A stretch of DNA of 64,000 nucleotides from Syntrophales bacterium (GTDB lineage Bacteria > Desulfobacterota > Syntrophia > Syntrophales > UBA2210), in NCBI GenBank assembly GCA_963666365.2, contig CAXXNF010000002.1, positions 832,001 through 896,000 of the forward strand, read 5' to 3'. Under the pieces are notes generated by a model, which was not told where the DNA came from, did no database searches, and was given only the letters and a program-made list of their open reading frames with translations. The number at the start of each line of letters is the position of its first letter. The stretch's first letter is position 1. Both the position numbers and the translations under genes were made by a program. Below are positions 51,144 to 59,462 of the stretch, in pieces.

Positions 51144-51808
51144 AGGTTCAATTACACTTTGCGTCCTGGAGTGACGAAACCAAGGCAGCCGATCTATTCG
51201 CGCTCTTTTTGAACGACGATCACGACGAGGCGGACGTTTCTTTCGAGTTTGGGAAAAATGTGGCGAGACAGGAAATAGCCCGTCATCTTTTTCCTTTTCT
51301 TGCTGAAAGGGAGATATGGGCAATCCATTCAGGGGGGTTTCATTACCATGGCGGGCATCTGACGGTAGGACCTTCCAACTGCGGGAAATCGACCTTCAGC
51401 TACATGGCCGCAAAAAACGACCTCTTTCTCTTGAGCGATGATATTACCCTGATGAAGGATACCGCATCCGGTGTGGAAGTTCTCCCCTTTTACTCGGCAC
51501 TCTATCTGAAACATAAGGTGATTTTACCGGATTCTAGTATTTTCAAGCCCACCCTGCTCAAATACCTCCTGCTGCCGCGATTCAGCAAAGGCGCGTTTTG
51601 CATCAGAAAAATTGAGCAACGCAGCGACCTGCTGCGCCAATTAGTACCCCAATTCCTCTGGTCATACAACAAAAGAGAGCAGGAAAAACAAAAGAGATTT
51701 TTAGAATTACTATGCAATTATCCGGCATTTGAAGTATATTGGAACGAAACGATGTTTGACGATCATCGGTTATTGAGGGACGTACTTGATGCAATTGTTC
51801 AAAATTGA
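51107..51808 (+). CDS. HPr kinase-related P-loop Ser/Thr kinase
   Basis: AIHSGG, GPSNCGKST, LLSDD. Confidence 0.75.
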   Translation: MDTMLNLNIYGLKVQLHFASWSDETKAADLFALFLNDDHDEADVSFEFGKNVARQEIARHLFPFLAEREIWAIHSGGFHYHGGHLTVGPSNCGKSTFSYMAAKNDLFLLSDDITLMKDTASGVEVLPFYSALYLKHKVILPDSSIFKPTLLKYLLLPRFSKGAFCIRKIEQRSDLLRQLVPQFLWSYNKREQEKQKRFLELLCNYPAFEVYWNETMFDDHRLLRDVLDAIVQN

Positions 51809-52196
51809 AGGAAACTCCATGTATCCTCTGCTCAAACACAATGACATGGTCATCGTCGCTCCCCTGTCGGCCGAGCGGCTGAAAACAGGAAACATTGTCG
51901 TATTTAAGAAAGATGCACCCGAATATATTGTTCACCGCCTAGTAAAACGAACAGGAGGCGGCAAGATGCTCTTCCGGGGAGACGGCTATAATCTGCCCTT
52001 GGAATTGATAGGGACAAATGCCGTTGTGGGAAAAGTGACTGGAAGGATCAGGGCGGGGGAATTGATACGTGTCAGCCGCTCCAAGGAATGCGGCTCATGG
52101 GCCATTGCCATGATTAAGGAACGGGTTAAGCGTCTTCTGATGAAGGGCCAACGGGTGGTGCAAGAGGACAGCACATCCGTTTCCGATTATTTGTAA
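51789..52196 (+). CDS. soluble S26/S24-type peptidase (Ser/His)
   Basis: GNSMYP, IVHR, RGDG; no N-terminal TM anchor. Confidence 0.8.
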   Translation: MQLFKIEGNSMYPLLKHNDMVIVAPLSAERLKTGNIVVFKKDAPEYIVHRLVKRTGGGKMLFRGDGYNLPLELIGTNAVVGKVTGRIRAGELIRVSRSKECGSWAIAMIKERVKRLLMKGQRVVQEDSTSVSDYL

Positions 52197-52225
52197 CCTC
52201 GCGCCCGGCGAAATGGAAATGCAAG

Positions 52226-52702
52226 ATGGAAAGACGATCGTTCATCAAGACAATACTTGTGGTTACGGCTCTCCTGCAGGGACTGCCGGCAAGGTTGGTG
52301 TGTTTCGGTGGGAACCGCGCCCTTGCCTCAAACAACCACGACTCGCACGAGACCGATTTTACAGGTTCATATTTTACGGGAACGATTGACCACAGGATCT
52401 TAATACCTGAAGAACTGCGTAGTCCATTAAAAAAAACAGGATTTTATGTTGTCGGCCTGAAAGCCCATGGTGTGCTTCTTGTTTCTGCACAGAGTCCGCT
52501 TATGGAACTCTTCGACGAAATAAAGGATTCCACGCTGTTCCGGGAAGACTTTTTACTGCTCCGAGAGGATAATCTCTTCATAGGCAATGACGGCTATCTG
52601 GTCATTCCTCCGGAAATGCGAAATTTTGCCGGCATCAAAACAGGAAAAGTCTCCATAATCGGACGGCGGAACCTGATCGAAATAATAAATTACGGCGAAT
52701 AG
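52226..52702 (+). CDS. MraZ-like (AbrB fold) protein with a twin-arginine-like N-terminus
   Basis: MERRSFIK + hydrophobic stretch + ALA; FTGSYFTGTIDHRILIPEELR and GYLVIPPEMRNFAGI...VSIIGRRNLIEI resemble the two MraZ repeats. Confidence 0.65.
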   Translation: MERRSFIKTILVVTALLQGLPARLVCFGGNRALASNNHDSHETDFTGSYFTGTIDHRILIPEELRSPLKKTGFYVVGLKAHGVLLVSAQSPLMELFDEIKDSTLFREDFLLLREDNLFIGNDGYLVIPPEMRNFAGIKTGKVSIIGRRNLIEIINYGE

Positions 52703-52823
52703 AAAAGAATTCGAGCATGCAAATGCCGGATCACAACCCGTCAATCCGTTGAAATACCTCCGTTCATCGGCAATAATCGGCGGGCTCTGTTCAACGGACC
52801 CATGATGATGAGACATTGCGTCA

Positions 52824-53996
52824 ATGAAGATGAGACATGAAAAGGAACGGGATGTAGTGCGCACCCTCGCACGACAGTCATTGAGCCAAGACGACGCACT
52901 CAGACTTAAAGAATCCCTGGACGATGCAATTCAATGGCCCTTCATCCTGCGTAGCGCAATTGATCAGGGGATTGCTCCGCTTTTGTTTCATCATTTCAAT
53001 AATCTTGCGCTTATGGAGACACTGCCGGCCTATGTACGGCAAGTATTTTCAAGGCTTTACGGCGAAACGATGCTTCTGAACAGGCACATAACGGCGGTGC
53101 TGTCTGAGTTGGAGAAGGCATGTGAAGGAAGCGAGATTCGGGTAATCGTTTTTAAAGGTGCGGCGCTGCTTTCCACCGTGTACCGAGATATCGCCCTGCG
53201 GCCCATGGAAGACATCGATCTCATGGTCCGACCGAAACAAAAGGATACCGTACAAGCAATCCTTAGTAAACGGGGGTTTGTTCGCGACCCGCTCTATCCT
53301 ATGACCTTCAGACGAGGCGTTATTACTGTGGATGTGCACGATGATTTCCTCTCCACCCACAGGATCCGGAGCCGCCGAAAAATAATGAATGTGCACATGG
53401 ACGATGTCTGGGCGAGATCGATTCCCCTCAATGAAAACCTGCGCCACATTTTCCGTCTTTCTCAGTACGATAACCTTTTAGCCCTTTCATTCCATATTTT
53501 GAAACATCGATTTTCCCGACTGATCTGGTTCGCGGATATCAGGGAATCAGTCAATGCCGGCGATACAATTTTCGGCTGGACCGGATTCCTCGATTACGTC
53601 GATGACGTGGGGGCGCACAAGATCGTGCTTTACGCGTTACTGCTGGCGAAACATCTTGTGACGATGGATGTGCCGGATTATGTGCTGCAGCGCCTTGGAA
53701 AGGATGCTCTCTCGACCCTTGAACACACCATCCTGCGACTTAGATTGGCAGACGCCGATCCGAGGACTGTAATAGATTTGTTATGGATATTTCAAATACC
53801 GGGGGGGGTGAGACGGTTGCAATTTATTTTTGAAAACATATTTCCCAGACAAGAAGTCATGAACCAGATATTCCCTGGCTCATCTCTTCCGGTACACACG
53901 TTTTTGAGGCGGGCAATCATCACCGGATCACGGGTATTCATTGATGGGGCTTCAGCATTCAAATTTGTTGCGAAGGGCGGGCTTCCTCCCCTGTGA
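52824..53996 (+). CDS. nucleotidyltransferase-family protein (NTP_transf_5-like)
   Basis: VFKGAAL...YRDIALRPMEDIDLMV, VDVH, LIWFADI. Confidence 0.85.
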   Translation: MKMRHEKERDVVRTLARQSLSQDDALRLKESLDDAIQWPFILRSAIDQGIAPLLFHHFNNLALMETLPAYVRQVFSRLYGETMLLNRHITAVLSELEKACEGSEIRVIVFKGAALLSTVYRDIALRPMEDIDLMVRPKQKDTVQAILSKRGFVRDPLYPMTFRRGVITVDVHDDFLSTHRIRSRRKIMNVHMDDVWARSIPLNENLRHIFRLSQYDNLLALSFHILKHRFSRLIWFADIRESVNAGDTIFGWTGFLDYVDDVGAHKIVLYALLLAKHLVTMDVPDYVLQRLGKDALSTLEHTILRLRLADADPRTVIDLLWIFQIPGGVRRLQFIFENIFPRQEVMNQIFPGSSLPVHTFLRRAIITGSRVFIDGASAFKFVAKGGLPPL

Positions 53997-54079
53997 CGAC
54001 CGGGAATATGCATCCTTTCCGCACACTGACGGCACTCATTGTTTTTTAACGCCGCTGCTCTACAAAAGGAGATTTTCAC

Positions 54080-55003
54080 ATGAACGAAACCTGCCGACTT
54101 GTTACGCGAAGCGATTTTGACGGGCTTGTGTGCGCCGTCCTTTTGAATGAACTGCACCTTATCGACGACATTGTCTTTGCCGAACCGGGCGATTTGCAGC
54201 AGGGACTCATACCGCTGACCGATCGAGACATTACCTGCGATCTTCCCTTCATGCCCGAAGTTCACCTCGCCTTCGACCATCACGCAAGCGAACTCACACG
54301 GGTCGGACAATGTATCGACAATCACGTCATAATTGCTCAGGCGCCATCCACCGCCCGCGTCGTCTACGATTACTACGGCGGGGCAAAGGCATTCCCTCAC
54401 ATATCCGAATACTTGATGAAGGCTGTCGATAGAATAGATTCGGCCCGTTTAAGCCGCGAAGAGATTCTTCATCCCGCAGGCTATATATTGTTGGGATTCT
54501 TAAGCGATCCACGCACCGGTCTTGATTTATTTGAAGGTTTCGCGCTCTCCCATACCGCATTTCTCATGAAACTGATCGATACGATCGGTCGCCGGGAAAT
54601 CCATGAAATTCTCGAAATTCCCATGGTCAAGGAACGGGCTTCGCTTTATTACGAGCATGCAAAGCCTTTTAACCATCTGATAAAACGTTGTGCCTCCGTT
54701 CACGGGAATGTAGTTGTTTTCGACCCTCGCGGTGAAACCGGCCTCTATATAGGCAACCGATTTGTCATCTATGCACTGTATCCCGATTGTAACGTCAGCA
54801 TCACCCTCACCCAGCGGCATGACGGATTTACATCTCTCTCAGTGGGAAAATCGATTCTTGACCGCAGCTCGTCGGCGAAGATAGGCGACATACTTCTTGC
54901 CTTTAACGGGGGCGGCCACGACAATGCGGGATCCTGTCGCGTCGAAAACAACCTCGTCGATACGGTGCTTCGGGAACTCATCTCCATTTTCAAGGCGGCC
55001 TGA
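54080..55003 (+). CDS. DHH-superfamily phosphoesterase (exopolyphosphatase/nanoRNase-like)
   Basis: RLVTRSDFDGLVC, FDHH, GGGH. Confidence 0.88.
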   Translation: MNETCRLVTRSDFDGLVCAVLLNELHLIDDIVFAEPGDLQQGLIPLTDRDITCDLPFMPEVHLAFDHHASELTRVGQCIDNHVIIAQAPSTARVVYDYYGGAKAFPHISEYLMKAVDRIDSARLSREEILHPAGYILLGFLSDPRTGLDLFEGFALSHTAFLMKLIDTIGRREIHEILEIPMVKERASLYYEHAKPFNHLIKRCASVHGNVVVFDPRGETGLYIGNRFVIYALYPDCNVSITLTQRHDGFTSLSVGKSILDRSSSAKIGDILLAFNGGGHDNAGSCRVENNLVDTVLRELISIFKAA

Positions 55004-55019
55004 AGAACTAAGCCGCACT

Positions 55020-56447
55020 TCATGAAGTCTTTCCCCGCACTCTGCCATAGTACACCAGCGCCCACATGGCGCGGGCGCATTGCTCCGGTGCATCGTAAAT
55101 GGGAATGCCGCCTTCATTGAGTATCCGCTCCATAATGTCGTGTTCCAGCCTGGTAAAACGTAAGCACACAATGGGTTTGCCGTATTTTTTGGGCAATGAG
55201 GCATACACTCCGGCACCTTCGACTGCCACTTTTGCATGGTGCGGCATCTCTTCGGAATGTATGTCTATTTTAAGAGATCGATCCCAGATTTGCGGGCTCA
55301 CGGGCACATTACTGATCACGCCATCGATGTAATCAAGCGAAAGTAGTCGTTCGATAATCCCCGCCTCTTCGAGTGCCGTCCGCGCACTTCCGGCAAAATC
55401 TATAGGATTTCGCGCCGGCGGTGCATGGGCGGGAAGAAGACTCGTTATCGTATGCGAAATTTCAGGATCCAGTTCGGGGAGCTCAAGGCCCAGGGCGGAA
55501 CAGGCATCGGTTCCCACCACTCCCTGACCGCCGCTTCCCAGAATTGCGACCCTGTTGCCCGACGGAAGGGGAAGCGTCGCCAAGGCTTCGGCTACTTCAA
55601 ACAGATGAAAGGCCTCTTGTACTCTTATAATCCCCGCCTGCCGGCACATGCTGTCGAAAATCGCTTCGGAACCGGCAATCGATGCCGTATGTGACATGGT
55701 GGCACGGGCGCCCGCTTTCGATCGTCCTGCCTTGTAGAGTACAATCGGCTTTATTTTCACCGCCTCCTTTGCCACCTCAAAAAACCGGCGACCGTCCTTC
55801 AACCCCTCAAGATACAGAATGATCACCTTTGTTTCATCATCGCCAGCCAGGTATTCGATGTAGTCCGCCGCTTCAAGATCTGCCTGATTGCCGATACTGA
55901 TAAATTTGCTGAGTCCGTAACCCTTTTGATTGGCCACATTGGCCAAAGCGACACCAAAGGTACCGCTTTGAGACACAAAGGCCATGGGTCCCGATTTAGG
56001 CGCCTGTGGAAAACACAAGCTCAGGTGACCGGCGGCACTCCATATCCCCATGCAGTTGGGGCCCACCAGCCGTATGCCGCTTTCTCGCGCGACATCGATC
56101 ATCTCTTTTTCAAGTTTTCTCCCCTCTTCACCCACTTCGGCAAATCCAGCCGTGATAACCACCGCCCCTTTTATCCCCTTTTGCGCGCATTCACGCAAAA
56201 GACCGGGCACTAACGCCGTGGGTGTGGTCATAACGGCGAGATCGATATTCCCCGGCACATCGGTGACACTGGGATAGGCTTTGAGTCCCAATATTTCCCG
56301 CTTGTGCCTGTTGATCGGATAAATGACGCCCTTGAAGCCCGTGTGAAGGGGCCGTTCCACCATGAGATATCCCCATTTTCTGAAGGTGTCCGAAGCGCCG
56401 ACTACCGCGATGGATCTGGGTTCGAATATATAGTCAAGTTCCTTCAT
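55020..56447 (-). CDS. ADP-forming acyl-CoA synthetase, alpha (CoA-binding) subunit
   Basis: PRSIAVVGAS, TAGFAE, GPNCMG, SQSG, SHTASIAG (phospho-His), NPID. Confidence 0.9.
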   Translation of the reverse strand: MKELDYIFEPRSIAVVGASDTFRKWGYLMVERPLHTGFKGVIYPINRHKREILGLKAYPSVTDVPGNIDLAVMTTPTALVPGLLRECAQKGIKGAVVITAGFAEVGEEGRKLEKEMIDVARESGIRLVGPNCMGIWSAAGHLSLCFPQAPKSGPMAFVSQSGTFGVALANVANQKGYGLSKFISIGNQADLEAADYIEYLAGDDETKVIILYLEGLKDGRRFFEVAKEAVKIKPIVLYKAGRSKAGARATMSHTASIAGSEAIFDSMCRQAGIIRVQEAFHLFEVAEALATLPLPSGNRVAILGSGGQGVVGTDACSALGLELPELDPEISHTITSLLPAHAPPARNPIDFAGSARTALEEAGIIERLLSLDYIDGVISNVPVSPQIWDRSLKIDIHSEEMPHHAKVAVEGAGVYASLPKKYGKPIVCLRFTRLEHDIMERILNEGGIPIYDAPEQCARAMWALVYYGRVRGKTS

Positions 56448-56504
56448 TTCGTCCGCCTGCACACGAAATCCCTCCTCGCGCTTGTTTCATTGTTAACAGT
56501 TCAG

Positions 56505-57449
56505 TTACAATCCTTCTTCCGAAAGGGCCTTAATCAGCTGCAGTTGCTTCTTGGAAAGTTTTTGAGGGACATCGACTGCGAAACGCAGATATGCATCCCC
56601 TCTTCCAGCCCCCTTGAATCGGGGAAAACCGAACCCCTTCATTCGAATTTTTGTGTGTGCCTGCGTACCTGGCGGGACTTTGACGCGTTTGTTCTCACCA
56701 TCGAGTGTGGGGACATCCACCGTGGCGCCCAATACTGCCTGCGAGAAAGTGATGGTCTTCTGGATAAAAAGGTCGTCACCCTCTCTTGTAAAGGCGTGAT
56801 GGGGCAGAATGCGGATATTGATGTAGAGATCTCCCGAGAGACCGCCGTGTGTTCCCGGATGCGCCTTGTTCGGGATTCTCAGTTTCTGGCCCGTGTTGAT
56901 GCCGGGAGGCACTTTGACGAGTATCTTTTCAGAACGAGTCCCTCCGGCTAGAGAAATTTTCTTTTCCGCTCCCGTGAAGGCTTCCTCTATGGTGATGTCC
57001 AGATTATACTCGACATCTTGTCCTTTTTGTGGTTGCGCCTGCTGTTCGTAACGCCTGCCGCTGAAAAGGTCATCAAAAGATTCCCCCCCCGCAGCCCCTC
57101 CGAATGTCGGACGCCTTCTCCCCTGCCCCCCGAACATTCTTCCCGCGCCGCCCCCGGCGAATCCGAATTCTTTAAGAATGTCGTTAAAATTAAAGTTCCT
57201 GAAGATGTCTTCCTGAGAGAATTGCTGGCTGAAGGATTGAGAACCAAATGTATCGTATTGCTTCCGTTTTTCAGGATCACCCAGCACGGCATAGGCTTCG
57301 TTCGCCTTCTTGAACCTGTCTTCAGCACTTCTATTTCCCGGGTTTCTATCAGGATGATACTTGAGAGCCAACTTCCGGTACGCCTTTTTTATGTCGTCGG
57401 CGGACGCACCTTTTTCGACACCGAGAATCTTGTAATAGTCTTCAGCCAT
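56505..57449 (-). CDS. DnaJ-class chaperone without zinc finger (CbpA-like)
   Basis: [17 protein letters not shown] region, C-terminal [12 protein letters not shown]. Confidence 0.92.
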   Translation of the reverse strand: MAEDYYKILGVEKGASADDIKKAYRKLALKYHPDRNPGNRSAEDRFKKANEAYAVLGDPEKRKQYDTFGSQSFSQQFSQEDIFRNFNFNDILKEFGFAGGGAGRMFGGQGRRRPTFGGAAGGESFDDLFSGRRYEQQAQPQKGQDVEYNLDITIEEAFTGAEKKISLAGGTRSEKILVKVPPGINTGQKLRIPNKAHPGTHGGLSGDLYINIRILPHHAFTREGDDLFIQKTITFSQAVLGATVDVPTLDGENKRVKVPPGTQAHTKIRMKGFGFPRFKGAGRGDAYLRFAVDVPQKLSKKQLQLIKALSEEGL

Positions 57450-57500
57450 GGCCTATTTATAATAATAGCTTTCTCTTTTTCAAAAAATGCGGGAGTCCTT

Positions 57501-57932
57501 TCATTCTTCCAACCACCAGAAATCATTGTCGGCGATCCTGTCCAAATAGCCGCTCCCCTGAACTGTGTCTACAATCGGAACCCAGGCGGTGTCGTTTCCA
57601 CCACATCGCATAAGGCGATCACAGGTCATAATATATCCCACGCAAAATCCATGCTTTTGAAAGGCCTGCAATGCATAGGCAGAGCAGGTGGGAACCATGG
57701 GACATCTGTCGCCGTCTACGCGGGATATTGCCTGCAGCACAATTCGTGCAGCTTGCAAAATCACACCTTCCGTCCCTTGCCCCTCCTCGGACGCTGAATG
57801 ATGCTCTGTCTGATGCAGGGCAGTCCGATTAAAAGCCCAGGGGGTGAATGAATCCTTTCCCCACAGACATGTCGGGGAAAAAACCGCACCGACACAGGAA
57901 AATAACAGTATCAGCACGCCGATTGTTTTCAT
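57501..57932 (-). CDS. YidD-like domain protein with a signal-peptide extension
   Basis: CPMVPTCSAYALQAFQKHG...DRLMRC. Confidence 0.75.
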   Translation of the reverse strand: MKTIGVLILLFSCVGAVFSPTCLWGKDSFTPWAFNRTALHQTEHHSASEEGQGTEGVILQAARIVLQAISRVDGDRCPMVPTCSAYALQAFQKHGFCVGYIMTCDRLMRCGGNDTAWVPIVDTVQGSGYLDRIADNDFWWLEE

Positions 57933-57947
57933 AGAAATCCTGTCTTC

Positions 57948-58877
57948 TTAAAATTCACACTGCACTACAAGGTACCCGGCATTCGCCTTCTCATCCCTTT
58001 TGAAAGAAATTGCGCTTCGCCTCTTCAATCCCTCTATAAAGCTTTCCTGGGTTCTTACGTTATATTTATGAGCACTGCTTACGGCACTGTAGATATTGCC
58101 CCCATACCACCCAAGCTCGAAAAATGTCACGATTCCTCCTGCTACATCATCGTCATTGTCAAATAACTCAATGGCGCCCCATATGAAAGCCCCGTTAAGA
58201 ATAAAGGCCACCAGCGCATCGCGGTACCGCTCCGTATAGACATGACCTGCACCGGGAATGATGGCTGCCAGTGTTCCCGCCGTGGCGGGAGATTTCTGCG
58301 GCAGTTGATCAATGCGTTCAAGTCCCTCCGAAAAGGTTGCGGCAGAGCGGGAGTACATACTCTCCCGAGGTATGCGAGCAAGCATTTCGCCGGCGGCCGT
58401 CCAGTCTTTGAGGTCGACCAATAGGAGAGCGCTTTCGAAAATAATCTTGTGTTTCAATGCCGACGGCGCCGCTGCCGCTGCGCGTTCATATGACACCAGC
58501 GCCTCCCGGTAACGTTCGAGATTATATTCCGCCTTTCCCTTCAGATACAGTGCCTCCGGAATTTTCGAGCTTTCAGTAAACCTTTGTATAAAAGCATCGA
58601 AGGCCCCGATTGCCTCCTGCCATTGTGCAGCATGCTGGTAGGCAAGTGCAATCTTGTAGACCGCCTCCTCCATATGATCTTTTTCATTGGGATAGAGGTA
58701 AATAAATCGTTTGTATTCCCCTATGGCCCGGTAAAAATCTCCTTCATTAAAGAGGGACTCTGCAAATCCGAATTGTGCGGTCCCGTCGTCTCTCTCGCCG
58801 CAGTATCCCTCCGTCGCCGCACCCACTACGACAACAAGAAGTGGAAGCAACAGGTATATAATGCATCGGATATTCAT
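57948..58877 (-). CDS. exported TPR (BamD-like) protein with a C-terminal membrane-associated domain
   Basis: Signal peptide, TPR repeats, KSPATAGTLAAIIPGAGHVY. Confidence 0.75.
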   Translation of the reverse strand: MNIRCIIYLLLPLLVVVVGAATEGYCGERDDGTAQFGFAESLFNEGDFYRAIGEYKRFIYLYPNEKDHMEEAVYKIALAYQHAAQWQEAIGAFDAFIQRFTESSKIPEALYLKGKAEYNLERYREALVSYERAAAAAPSALKHKIIFESALLLVDLKDWTAAGEMLARIPRESMYSRSAATFSEGLERIDQLPQKSPATAGTLAAIIPGAGHVYTERYRDALVAFILNGAFIWGAIELFDNDDDVAGGIVTFFELGWYGGNIYSAVSSAHKYNVRTQESFIEGLKRRSAISFKRDEKANAGYLVVQCEF

Positions 58878-58880
58878 AAA

Positions 58881-59462
58881 TCAGGCATTTCTTCCCATGT
58901 GAAAAGCCGCCAGATTTCTTTCCAGCAATTTCTTCGGGAAGGCATCATTCAACACAGCCTCCCACATACCCGAATCGACAGCCATGAATGATGAAAGCAC
59001 CCCCAGCATCACCGTATTGGCCATTCTCCGGTCTCCCGCTTCAGCCGCCATGTCCGTCGCTTTCACTATCTTGACCGTTTTGAATGCCTTCTTCACCACA
59101 CCTTCTATATCATCCGGATATTGTTCATCGCCCAGCGCCACGGAAGGAGGATATACCTTTTCATCATTTATCACTACGACCCCTTCGGGCTTCAGATAGT
59201 CGAGATAACGGAGCGTTTCCATTTTTTCGAATGACAGCAGAATATCCACATCCCCCTTTTTTGAAAGTGGCGAGTACACTTTTTCACCATATCTGATATC
59301 ACTGCTGACGCAACCGCCCCGTTGCGCCATTCCATGGACCTCGCTTTTTTTCACATCGAAACCGGCTTCCATCAATAGGAGCGATAAAATATCACTGGCT
59401 CGTATGATGCCCTGACCGCCGACGCCGACCATAAGAATACTTGTTGTGGTACCATTATTCAT
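58881..59462 (-). CDS. iorB: indolepyruvate:ferredoxin oxidoreductase beta subunit
   Basis: GVGGQGII, SEVHGMAQRGG, NTVMLG. Confidence 0.93.
   Translation of the reverse strand: MNNGTTTSILMVGVGGQGIIRASDILSLLLMEAGFDVKKSEVHGMAQRGGCVSSDIRYGEKVYSPLSKKGDVDILLSFEKMETLRYLDYLKPEGVVVINDEKVYPPSVALGDEQYPDDIEGVVKKAFKTVKIVKATDMAAEAGDRRMANTVMLGVLSSFMAVDSGMWEAVLNDAFPKKLLERNLAAFHMGRNA

Noticed and set aside
48633..53996. Lasso peptide, sactipeptide/ranthipeptide or PQQ cluster
   Set aside because: There is no asparagine-synthetase-like cyclase or B2 protease, the precursor has no Cys, and there is no pqqB/pqqC or ExxxY core.
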